From IMG/VR virus record IMGVR_UViG_3300021185_003947: 64,000 nucleotides of DNA, one strand, 5' to 3'. The notes under the pieces are model-generated. The model was not told the DNA's origin. It ran no database searches and was given only the letters and a program-made list of their open reading frames with translations. The position numbers and the translations under genes were made by a program. Position 1 is the first letter of the stretch; each line of letters starts with the position of its first letter. This stretch comes from a virus. Taxonomy: Duplodnaviria; Caudoviricetes. Shown here one piece after another: positions 10,205 through 19,125 of the stretch.

Positions 10205-10815
10205 TACCTGGCCGGAAAGGAAATATTCATTACTACTGCAAGTCTATCTTCTTCACCATAATAAGGAGTTACTTCATGCCATACATGTGCCGGAACAATA
10301 ATAATTGTATTTTTTTCAGTCTCAATAGACATTTTAGATTTAGGTCTTGTTTTTATAACCTGGTTAAATGCTGGGTCATGAAAAATTAATTTGCCACCAT
10401 CTTTATCATTATCTACACAGTCTAAATAATAAACCGCAACCATTGAAGCACCACTATGACAATGCAAACCTTTATAATCACCATTTCTCATAAAGGGCAA
10501 TCTTCCGGTGGTCAATTCCATCCGTTCTAAAATTTCGGCATGTGTAATTGATTCATCATATTCATTAGCTAGTTTTAAAAATGACTTTGCAAAAAAATCA
10601 TATAAACTTTTTATTTCATTATAATTTTTAATATTATCATCTGTAAATAACGGGATATGCACTCCATCATCTCCACCATCTTGATATGAAAGACCGGCCA
10701 TAGCTAAATGATTTCTAAATATTGCTTGACATACTGAATTAAGTGTACTACTTTCTTCTTCATTAATATCATGCAATTCATGTAACATTTTTATTGGAAA
10801 AATAGTTTTTATCAT
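10204..10815 (-). CDS. Putative 2OG-Fe(II) oxygenase (HxH...H type), paralog of 8358-8933
   Basis: HCHSGASMVAVYYL...GGKLIFHDP...PAHVWHEV...RLAV. Confidence 0.75.
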   Translation of the reverse strand: MIKTIFPIKMLHELHDINEEESSTLNSVCQAIFRNHLAMAGLSYQDGGDDGVHIPLFTDDNIKNYNEIKSLYDFFAKSFLKLANEYDESITHAEILERMELTTGRLPFMRNGDYKGLHCHSGASMVAVYYLDCVDNDKDGGKLIFHDPAFNQVIKTRPKSKMSIETEKNTIIIVPAHVWHEVTPYYGEEDRLAVVMNISFPAR

Positions 10816-11846
10816 GCGTATTCCCTCTCATACGGCGTCAATTGTCTATCGATGCTATTTATACTGATTATATCAGTTGCTAAAGTCTTCATATGTTTAC
10901 AATGATCTTCTACCATATTATGCTGTTTTAAATCTTTAATAGTTTTTTTACATCCATTACAAATTTCAAACATAGGACAAGTATAACATGCATTTTTTAA
11001 ACTCATTAAACTTAAATCTGTTGCAAGAGGTGTTGAAAACCCACCACTCATTTCGTAATCAAAATCAATAGCCTTATCTAAATCATCGCCAAATGCACCA
11101 CATGAATAGTAGTCACCTTCAGGTTGAAGTGTCCGAATGCCAGAATCGCATGTTCTTGTTTGTGGACATATAGTAGATTCTCCTCTTAGTCGTACCATCA
11201 TCTGTTGAGTGTTATGTTCCCAATCGCTTAATCCAGCTTTCCATATTTCAACATAACGTTCATATATTTTCGATAATTGATATGGAGCAGACTGAGAACC
11301 TGATGCCATAGCATAATTTACTTTACAGACTACATCCATTTTCTTTGCAAGTTCAACTGTCTTAATATGAGTATCTTCATTCTCTTCAACAATAACTGCT
11401 ATGAATGAAGGTCTATACCCAACATGTTCAACCATTGCATCTGAACACTTCCAAAAATCTTCTTCTGTAAATTCACTATAATCACCTTTTAATCTCCCTC
11501 CTCCATATTGAAATGATGTAGCTACACCAACTCGAGGATGGTTAAAAAGTTTTTTCCATTTCATTGGTTTCATAAGAAATGGATATAAATTTGTTGTAAG
11601 TGATATTGTTGCAGGCAGCTCATGCTTATCAAGATACTCTATAATTTTCCAATAGTAATTTGGTTTCATCATTAATGGATCGCCACCATTAACAATAATT
11701 GTTTGAGTATCTGGAAAACGTTTTAAAAACTTAAATATTTTATTTAAATCAAGAGTAGCAGTATTATCTTCAAACGTAATTTTAGATGATGAACAAAATG
11801 AACATTTAAAATTACACAATTCTGTTGGTTTGACAATTAGGTCCAT
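10812..11846 (-). CDS. Radical SAM/SPASM-like protein
   Basis: CNFKCSFC, GGDPL, CPQTRTC...YSCG...CYTCPMFEICNGC. Confidence 0.9.
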   Translation of the reverse strand: MDLIVKPTELCNFKCSFCSSSKITFEDNTATLDLNKIFKFLKRFPDTQTIIVNGGDPLMMKPNYYWKIIEYLDKHELPATISLTTNLYPFLMKPMKWKKLFNHPRVGVATSFQYGGGRLKGDYSEFTEEDFWKCSDAMVEHVGYRPSFIAVIVEENEDTHIKTVELAKKMDVVCKVNYAMASGSQSAPYQLSKIYERYVEIWKAGLSDWEHNTQQMMVRLRGESTICPQTRTCDSGIRTLQPEGDYYSCGAFGDDLDKAIDFDYEMSGGFSTPLATDLSLMSLKNACYTCPMFEICNGCKKTIKDLKQHNMVEDHCKHMKTLATDIISINSIDRQLTPYEREYA

Positions 11847-12382
11847 GGCGAATTGCTAACTTTAAACCCAAAATTCATAGTGATTCTGTGCATATCAGGA
11901 TCTCTGAAATGTTCAACTCTGTGTTCGAACTGTTTATCTTGGCTTCCTACTACTACATCATATTTTTGAGGTAAATGAAAGGCTGTGATTCTATTATTTT
12001 GTGATATATTTCTAAACATAATTTCACCACCAGCGTCTTTATTCATATCAGTAAAATATAAAAGAAACATTATATTTGCACCTTCACAAAAATCATTATG
12101 CCAATGACATGAAGTTTGTTCGGTGCCATTCCAACAATGATAATAAATCAAATCTTGTTTTTCTGAATATGGTTTTAAATAATGATTAAAAAGATAATCA
12201 GCAGTCATTAGCATTTTCTTTCGCATACCCAATATATAATAATTTAAAGGAAATCGATAATCTTTTCTATTACCAATACCTCTAAGCCATTTTATATTAG
12301 GAATAGTATCTTCTAAATATTGAAACGCTCGAACGTTATTTTCTGTGTAAAATCCATCATCCATTTTCCAACCATTTTTCAT
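11837..12382 (-). CDS. 2OG-Fe(II) oxygenase (prolyl-hydroxylase-like)
   Basis: HWHND (HxD)...GGEIMF...FEHRV...RITMNF. Confidence 0.75.
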   Translation of the reverse strand: MKNGWKMDDGFYTENNVRAFQYLEDTIPNIKWLRGIGNRKDYRFPLNYYILGMRKKMLMTADYLFNHYLKPYSEKQDLIYYHCWNGTEQTSCHWHNDFCEGANIMFLLYFTDMNKDAGGEIMFRNISQNNRITAFHLPQKYDVVVGSQDKQFEHRVEHFRDPDMHRITMNFGFKVSNSPWT

Positions 12383-13524
12383 AGCATTTTTACCTTTTGT
12401 CTAAATCCATATGATAAATCATCTTCACCATCACGTTTTGGTTTAAATCCCTTTGTTTTTTTAACGTAGTTAAACGTTTCTTTAAAAACACATTCTTCCA
12501 TATCATTGTGATCACCTGGCATATCAGCTTTTACAAAGCATGTGAATGGACAGTTTTCATAATATTCACACTCAAAACAATTATATTTTTTTAAAAACTT
12601 TTCTACCATCTCTCCTGTTTCAAATAGTGTTTCACCAGTTTTTTTATCTCGCTGATATGCTACACCACAACATCCACCGGGTGATGAACCATCAGGTTGA
12701 ATAGTTATTGAATTACCTCTTGTGCACATCATTGCACCAGTTTGATTCAATGGATCATGAAATGCATCCATATTTTCGCACTCAGGATAGTTATCTACTA
12801 AATATTTATTGAATGCTAATAACTCACTGTCTTTAGGAATTAATTTTGCATCTGCTTTAATTAATGGCGATGGCATATAAGCATCAAAATCAACTGGGAA
12901 GTTTTTATACAAATAATCAAAAGTGCTTTTATCGTTACTTTTTATAATTGTTTGTACATTTTGGCTAGTAGTAACAATTGAAACGTTTCTAATATAATCT
13001 TTAAAAGTCTCAACATTTTCTAAGAATATTTCTAGTTGACCTTTGTTAAATCTACCTCTTGGATCATAAGAAGTTGAAAGCTTTACATCGTGCTTATTAC
13101 AAAAGTCCATAACCTTATCTGAATTTTTTTTGTCAAACATAAAATTAGTAAGATAATTAAAATAAATTCTTTTGTCACCAATGTTAATCTTGGATTTGAC
13201 TAAGTCCATAAATTCTTCATATACATCTAAAAAGCCTTTTTCAATCCATAGATCTTCAAATAATTCTCCACCTAATAGATGTAATTTATAGTCTTTTGAT
13301 CTTGGCGAATTGTTAATAAATTTAGCAACAGTATCGCTTTTTGCTAAAATTTCTTCTCGAGTAGCTCCAACCATTGAGTTATGATCTTGTGGACAAAACA
13401 CACATTTTAAATTACAATGTTCAAAGAATATTATAACAAGTTCACTTGATCGAGTAATCTTGCTTCCTAAGATTTTGTATATATCAAAATCAAGTGGAGC
13501 TGGATTAATAGGTGCTACAGACAT
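12379..13524 (-). CDS. Radical SAM/SPASM-like protein
   Basis: CNLKCVFC, GGELF, CTRG...CCG...CFECEYYENCPFTC...C. Confidence 0.88.
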   Translation of the reverse strand: MSVAPINPAPLDFDIYKILGSKITRSSELVIIFFEHCNLKCVFCPQDHNSMVGATREEILAKSDTVAKFINNSPRSKDYKLHLLGGELFEDLWIEKGFLDVYEEFMDLVKSKINIGDKRIYFNYLTNFMFDKKNSDKVMDFCNKHDVKLSTSYDPRGRFNKGQLEIFLENVETFKDYIRNVSIVTTSQNVQTIIKSNDKSTFDYLYKNFPVDFDAYMPSPLIKADAKLIPKDSELLAFNKYLVDNYPECENMDAFHDPLNQTGAMMCTRGNSITIQPDGSSPGGCCGVAYQRDKKTGETLFETGEMVEKFLKKYNCFECEYYENCPFTCFVKADMPGDHNDMEECVFKETFNYVKKTKGFKPKRDGEDDLSYGFRQKVKML

Positions 13525-15185
13525 TCTTTACTTACCTCTGACATAATTATATGTCTATTTTTTTCTATAAATTTATTTATAGTATTTGCTCTAAACTCTT
13601 GATTTAAAACTTTAATGCTTTTTGGTTGAGAATTTGGATTAAATATATCTCTTATTTCAGAATGTATATCATCCCATCTATCTAATTTACTTATAGCTTC
13701 ATATGCTTTTTTAGTAAAGACTGATGGCGATATGCTATTTTCAAGCATAGGATAAAAGTGCTGCAATAAATAATTTCCAGCACTATTCATAAACCACATT
13801 TCATGCATTTCTTCAATTGTAAACGAAAAGCACGATGATATTGTTTTGAAATACGATTTTTTATTTTTGTACAAATTATTCCAGCTATCAATTCCCTGTT
13901 CATCCGCAATATCAGTATAAACTTCAACTGTTCGAATATCATATTTAATTTTATATTCCTGAGAATTAAGCGCTGAATCCGGAAGAAACATATAATCATG
14001 TCTATAAGAACCAAACGATTTAAAATTCCAGATATATTCCATTTCATTATAAAAGTCTTCTATTGTAGAACCTGGCATTGCAAGGATCATTTCTAAATTA
14101 GGTATCGGAAACCCATGCTTTGAACATTGCTCATTAATGTGTTTACTTAATTTTAATTTATCTTCTGTATTTAAATCAACTCTTTCAGCTATTTTCATTG
14201 CAATGTCAGAACTGCTTTGAATAGACACTGATGGAACTATCGATATATTGGCCATCTCACTCCACATATCTTTTCCATTTTTCATATTTGGAGAAGTGTA
14301 ATTTGTTCCAACAATTTCAAAATACTTATCAATTAATTTTTTTCTTCTATTTAAATCCTTAGATTTCATGGTAGAAATATCAGTTAAATTAAAACCATTT
14401 GTCCAAGCATATTCGAATATTTCAAAGTCTCTTTCAAAAAAAGCTCCAAAGTTTGCATCATTTAAATAAGCAGATCTATAACCGGCTTTTAGCATAGCAT
14501 TGATATCACGTTTTACTATGTCCAAGGATTTCTTATAAATCTTTGTATTAATACCTCCACCCCATTCGCAAAATACACACTTATAAGGACAACCTCTTGT
14601 TGTCTCTAAAACAATAAACGGTTCCATTTTATTATTACGAGCGTATTTAAGTAATTTTGTAAGATATTCTAAATGATCTTCGTATACTGAATAATCTTCT
14701 TTTGATAAATCATGTATGAATTTTACATCAGATCTTAATTCCCATGGAATACTTGTTGGATCTATTCTGTTTTCAATAAACTGATCGATAAGCTCAGCCA
14801 TAAATGGCTCACCTGGTTTAGTAGGTCTACAAATTAAATCATACTGAGGACGTGATGCTAATAGTTCTGGTTCATTGGTTCCAATATGTGGACCACCTAA
14901 AACTAGTATTTTTTCTGGATATTTATTTTTAATTTTATTAGAAATTTCATCACATATCATATAGTTCCAAGTATAAGAAGAAAACATAATTATATCTGCT
15001 TCAATTATATCATTTATTACTTCATCATAAGATTTATAGCTATTCCATTTATATGGTGATTCTAACCACTTTACTTTTTTACTGTATTTGCCAAAACGAG
15101 AATAGTAACTTTGCATTAATAAAAATGTAAAGTTATTTGCTAGTGACCAGTCAGCGTGAGGAGGATTAATAAATGCTATAATCAT
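13515..15185 (-). CDS. Radical SAM protein with an N-terminal B12-binding-like domain (class B-like)
   Basis: N-terminal IAFINPP...FSSYTWN...VLGGPH and ETTRGCPYKCVFCEWG. Confidence 0.82.
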   Translation of the reverse strand: MIIAFINPPHADWSLANNFTFLLMQSYYSRFGKYSKKVKWLESPYKWNSYKSYDEVINDIIEADIIMFSSYTWNYMICDEISNKIKNKYPEKILVLGGPHIGTNEPELLASRPQYDLICRPTKPGEPFMAELIDQFIENRIDPTSIPWELRSDVKFIHDLSKEDYSVYEDHLEYLTKLLKYARNNKMEPFIVLETTRGCPYKCVFCEWGGGINTKIYKKSLDIVKRDINAMLKAGYRSAYLNDANFGAFFERDFEIFEYAWTNGFNLTDISTMKSKDLNRRKKLIDKYFEIVGTNYTSPNMKNGKDMWSEMANISIVPSVSIQSSSDIAMKIAERVDLNTEDKLKLSKHINEQCSKHGFPIPNLEMILAMPGSTIEDFYNEMEYIWNFKSFGSYRHDYMFLPDSALNSQEYKIKYDIRTVEVYTDIADEQGIDSWNNLYKNKKSYFKTISSCFSFTIEEMHEMWFMNSAGNYLLQHFYPMLENSISPSVFTKKAYEAISKLDRWDDIHSEIRDIFNPNSQPKSIKVLNQEFRANTINKFIEKNRHIIMSEVSKECL

Positions 15186-15218
15186 ACTTCATTCTATACA
15201 TTACAAATTAAAAAATAT

Positions 15219-16349
15219 TTAAACTGTTACATATTTAGCAATAGTTGTTTTATCAGAAACAGAATTAGCATCTAGTAGCGAATGAATTAAATAATGATTT
15301 ACAGTTTCAAGTTCTAATGCAAAGAATTTTTCAGGTTCTTTATCATCTGATGATTCAATTAAAATAAGCTTATCTAATAGTTCATCTGTTAATTCAGTAT
15401 TAATTGCTGGTAAGAATTCTAATATGCTATCATCTCTTAAAGTAAAATCAGACCATTGACTTTCTATAATAGCTACAAACTCTTTAATAGTATTAAGATC
15501 TGAATCAGAAATATTTTCGAATATTACATTATCACTACTAGAAGCGCCACTTAGATATTTTATAGACCACATATCGTCTTTAATAAACAGTTGAGCAAAT
15601 TTAGAAGTATCTGTAAAAATGTCATTAATATTATTTAATGTGTAAGTTTTGTCTAAATTTAATTTATTAGCAAAAGATTTAGTTAAGAAATGTTGAAAAA
15701 ATATTTCTTTTAATTCGTAAAGATATTGTTCAAACACTTTTTTCAGCAAAGGTTTAACTACACCTTTTAACTCTGCTTTTGAAGATTTGTCATTAAGATA
15801 ATTTGCTAGTAGATGTTCAACACTTATTGTGCTTTTATATTTTACCATAAACGCTTTTTTCTTGGCGGCTGAAGGGGCTTTAACACTATCATAAATGGTA
15901 TTGAAATTTTCTACTTTTAAAATTTCACCAGATCCTAATTTTGCATTATTACTTGAAAACCTGCCTCTAAAAAATGTATTAAATTTAAAAGCATGTGCTT
16001 TTACTAATGATTCTACTGAATCAGCTTTCGGAGTTTTTAAAATAAATTTATACCAAGTAGACATAATAAATTGAAATGCTGCACTATCGCAATAAACAAC
16101 GATTCTTTTATTTGTAGAATCACATTTGGCAGCTAATTCATCAAAAAGAGTTGTAGCATCTTTAAACGTTTTATCTTTTCCTAGAATATCATTCCATTCA
16201 AGTCCATATGCAATGAGTTGACCAGATAATATTTTTTGAAGATCTTCTAAAAGATTAAAACCGTTACTTTGCGATACAACAATACGATCAAAATTTGGAT
16301 CGATGATATTATCTGTTGTTACATAAATCTTCTTAAACAGATGTATCAT
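15219..16349 (-). CDS. Hypothetical protein (376 aa) in the cluster
   Basis: Long ORF coupled to the upstream gene; no recognisable motif. Confidence 0.75.
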   Translation of the reverse strand: MIHLFKKIYVTTDNIIDPNFDRIVVSQSNGFNLLEDLQKILSGQLIAYGLEWNDILGKDKTFKDATTLFDELAAKCDSTNKRIVVYCDSAAFQFIMSTWYKFILKTPKADSVESLVKAHAFKFNTFFRGRFSSNNAKLGSGEILKVENFNTIYDSVKAPSAAKKKAFMVKYKSTISVEHLLANYLNDKSSKAELKGVVKPLLKKVFEQYLYELKEIFFQHFLTKSFANKLNLDKTYTLNNINDIFTDTSKFAQLFIKDDMWSIKYLSGASSSDNVIFENISDSDLNTIKEFVAIIESQWSDFTLRDDSILEFLPAINTELTDELLDKLILIESSDDKEPEKFFALELETVNHYLIHSLLDANSVSDKTTIAKYVTV

Positions 16350-16993
16350 AACTGTTCTCCTGTGGCGATTGAACTTGTTAGTAAAAACATTGGGTTATTA
16401 ACATTCGCCCAATAACTAAATAGATTATTTCCTTTAAACATATACTCATTAAAATATGATTTATAATATGTTTTATGATGTTCAATTACATTGGCATAAA
16501 ATAAATAAAAGCTTTCGTATTTAAGTAAATTTACAAAATTTATTCCAGTTAAATCTTTTGTATCATCTTCTGGAAATGATTTAACGTAGTCTTTTAATTC
16601 ATCACATTCAACAGTGTACAAATTATAAAGCGAAAGTGAATCTAATTTCTTAGCCCAAGTAGTAAGTATTTCAACGTTATCATCAATAAAATCTTTTTCT
16701 ATTAACTCACTAATACCTTTCATCTGCAATAATAAACTAATTACTCTTTCTTCAAGAATAGGAATACTTATAATAAAATTAGCTAAAAGATATTCTCTAG
16801 TAAGATCATCAAAATCTTTCTGATCAGTAAAACCAATATTGCATGGCAATTCCAGATTACTGAGATATGTTAATAGCTTTGTTCCCTGCAATTGTGAATT
16901 TTCATAATCAACCATATAAAAAGTTTGATCATCTTCAAAATACAATTTCAAATCTTCAATACTAAATGGTGCAGTAACATCAATAACTTTCAT
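16346..16993 (-). CDS. Hypothetical protein (215 aa) in the cluster
   Basis: Start at MKVIDV gives an ATGA overlap with the stop of the CHxS-protein gene. Confidence 0.72.
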   Translation of the reverse strand: MKVIDVTAPFSIEDLKLYFEDDQTFYMVDYENSQLQGTKLLTYLSNLELPCNIGFTDQKDFDDLTREYLLANFIISIPILEERVISLLLQMKGISELIEKDFIDDNVEILTTWAKKLDSLSLYNLYTVECDELKDYVKSFPEDDTKDLTGINFVNLLKYESFYLFYANVIEHHKTYYKSYFNEYMFKGNNLFSYWANVNNPMFLLTSSIATGEQL

Positions 16994-17553
16994 CTTCTTC
17001 CTCTCGAGCCATGACAACTGCTATGACAACTTGCATGACAAATATTAATATTTACAGTAACAGTATTGGAAACTAAACTATTAAAACGGGTCTGTAAGTC
17101 TGTAAATTTAGCTTCAAGACCAGAAGCACTAATTTGAGTACCAGCAGTTAAAGTAACTCCAGCCGCAGATAATGTTTGTGCATAACTACTGTTTAAATAA
17201 GCTTTTCGTGTTTGATTAAAAATTTGTCCAGGATTAGGATATGTTCCTGTATTACCACCAGGGCCTGTTACTGTTCGGGTTGCCTTTAAATTTCTAATTT
17301 GACTATACGCCGCGGTTTCATTTTCAATTGCAGTATTGATAACAGAAGCAGTGATTGGATTTTGATTTATATCGGCTCCAGTAATTCCAATGCTCCGACC
17401 AGCAGTCGTTCCACCAAAATATGATGTAGAAAATCCACTAAACGGAACTGAATTAGTACCCCAAACAATACCAGAGTTTGCACTTGCCGGTGCAAAATCC
17501 GCAAATCTATCTATTATATTCTGTGCGCTAATTGGACTTGTTAGTGTAGCCAT
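16990..17553 (-). CDS. Thr/Ser/Gly-rich protein with C-terminal CHASCHSSCHGSRGRR; candidate substrate of the cluster enzymes
   Basis: 187 aa; every Cys and His lies in the last 16 residues; GAGG RBS and late promoter upstream. Confidence 0.85.
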   Translation of the reverse strand: MATLTSPISAQNIIDRFADFAPASANSGIVWGTNSVPFSGFSTSYFGGTTAGRSIGITGADINQNPITASVINTAIENETAAYSQIRNLKATRTVTGPGGNTGTYPNPGQIFNQTRKAYLNSSYAQTLSAAGVTLTAGTQISASGLEAKFTDLQTRFNSLVSNTVTVNINICHASCHSSCHGSRGRR

Positions 17554-17579
17554 TTCATTCCTCTTTTGTTATATACGTG

Positions 17580-17587
17580 TATTTATA
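17580..17587 (-). promoter_or_regulatory. Late promoter TATAAATA for the CHxS protein
   Basis: Exact consensus overlapping the stop of the upstream radical SAM gene, 26 nt before the ATG. Confidence 0.75.
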
Positions 17588-18602
17588 CATGTTTTGCGAG
17601 TTCCATCATTAAACTTTTTGGTGCACCACAAATATCTCCATCCCATCCTAATTGATGACAATCACCTCCACAAAATCTAGATACAGGGCAAGATAAACAA
17701 TTAGGATTACGCATTTTTTCTTCTAATATAGTACGAATTCTTTTTGGACTTTTTAACAATGTATCAATTGAATCGTCTAAACTTCCAAAGGCTTGTTCTG
17801 GCGCGCTGTTTGGACATCCTGCAATAGTACCATTGCCGTTTATTGTAAATAGCTTTTGTTCACAATCTCTACAAAAAGTTCCACATGTAGTCATAGTCTT
17901 TTCAAACTTAGCATATACATTTTCTAGAAAGTCGTTTTCAAACCAATCTCGTGCTCCGTGCTCTTCACTTTGCATGTGCATTTTTAAAAAATATTCATCA
18001 AGTTCTTTATTGCTTGGAAATATTTCTGATGCTTCTCGGGCACTACCATTATTAGTTAGTCTTTCCAGTGAAACTTCTTGCACACCAAGTCGGCGGCACC
18101 ATCTTAATAATACTATGGGATCTTTTGCAAGCGTATCTTTTGTAAGACTAATAAACAAACGAATAGTAACACCATCTGCCAAAAGTGTTTTAACATTTTT
18201 ATGCCAAAGATTATATTGGTTTTTATTTTCAAATCGAATCTTACGATCCCACGATGTGCCAAGTCTATTTCCAAGAGGACCTTTAATAAAATCCATATGC
18301 TGATCTTTTAATTTAAAAACTAAATTAGTTGTGGCACCCCACGACATTTGATCCCATAAACCATCACATGCATCATATACCTTTCGCATTTGGCCAACCG
18401 GCACAAGAAACGGTTCACCGCCATGAAATTCCATATGTATAGAATCTTGTGCTGCAGGTTTTTCTTTTCTAAATCTATGAATCCAGTCAACTAGCTTATC
18501 AGTATTCCAATAAATCTTTTGACCACTTCTTCCGCTTGTAAAACAATGCGCACAATTAAGCTGACATGTTTCTGTTGTTTTGAGATACATCAGCCAGTTC
18601 AT
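17583..18602 (-). CDS. Radical SAM/SPASM-like protein
   Basis: CQLNCAHC, FHGGEP, CGTFCRDC...GCPN...CLSCPVSRFCGGDC...C. Confidence 0.92.
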   Translation of the reverse strand: MNWLMYLKTTETCQLNCAHCFTSGRSGQKIYWNTDKLVDWIHRFRKEKPAAQDSIHMEFHGGEPFLVPVGQMRKVYDACDGLWDQMSWGATTNLVFKLKDQHMDFIKGPLGNRLGTSWDRKIRFENKNQYNLWHKNVKTLLADGVTIRLFISLTKDTLAKDPIVLLRWCRRLGVQEVSLERLTNNGSAREASEIFPSNKELDEYFLKMHMQSEEHGARDWFENDFLENVYAKFEKTMTTCGTFCRDCEQKLFTINGNGTIAGCPNSAPEQAFGSLDDSIDTLLKSPKRIRTILEEKMRNPNCLSCPVSRFCGGDCHQLGWDGDICGAPKSLMMELAKHV

Positions 18603-19083
18603 TATTAATTTTATCCTCTGTATAATTTTCTAAACCAAAGCTTAAAGTTAATGCTTCATCTTTATTTAATGCTTGATGAGGCGTATAAGCTGGTATATGT
18701 ATATATTCTCCTTGAATAATAGTCACTGGCTTATCATCAATTATTAAAGACTTAGATCCTTCACAGCAATATATAACAACATCATCTGGATCGGTATGCA
18801 TATCAAAAGAATAAGACCCAGCCATTGCAAAAAATAAATGACATGTAACATGTTGTTCATGTTTCCAATCAGTTTTTATTTTCCAACAATATTCATATAT
18901 TGTTGAATTAAAGTTTTCCATACGTTCGATTTTTATAGAATGGTTTTGTTTTTGTACTTTACAAAAATCACTGAAACTAGTAATTAGCTGTTCACGACCC
19001 TGTTCATCTATAGCATAAACCATATTTTGTTCATACATATGATTTGCAGTAAGTGCAGATATGAGTTGAGATTTATTAATCAT
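18556..19083 (-). CDS. Cupin/JmjC-like oxygenase
   Basis: FDMHTDPDDV (HxD)...IHIPAYTPHQA. Confidence 0.72.
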   Translation of the reverse strand: MINKSQLISALTANHMYEQNMVYAIDEQGREQLITSFSDFCKVQKQNHSIKIERMENFNSTIYEYCWKIKTDWKHEQHVTCHLFFAMAGSYSFDMHTDPDDVVIYCCEGSKSLIIDDKPVTIIQGEYIHIPAYTPHQALNKDEALTLSFGLENYTEDKINNELADVSQNNRNMSA

Positions 19084-19089
19084 TATTTA

Positions 19090-19118
19090 ATTATATACTA
19101 TTTTTAATTAAATGTAAA
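19090..19118 (-). promoter_or_regulatory. Sigma70-like promoter TTTACA-N17-TATAAT at the head of the enzyme cluster
   Basis: Near-consensus hexamers with 17-nt spacing immediately upstream of 19083. Confidence 0.75.
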
Positions 19119-19125
19119 CAGTTAT

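Noticed and set aside
16990-17040. c-type heme-binding motif
   Set aside because: Spacing is CxxxCH, not the canonical CxxCH, and there is no signal peptide or heme-maturation gene.
17390-18303. Plus-strand ORFs 17390-17680 and 17833-18303
   Set aside because: Antisense to well-supported genes; no independent signals.
8358-19083. Straight assignment to the bacterial His-Xaa-Ser (HxsA-D) system
   Set aside because: The repeat period is 4 with interleaved Cys rather than 3, and the enzyme set (B12 radical SAM, four oxygenases) differs; kept only as an analogy.
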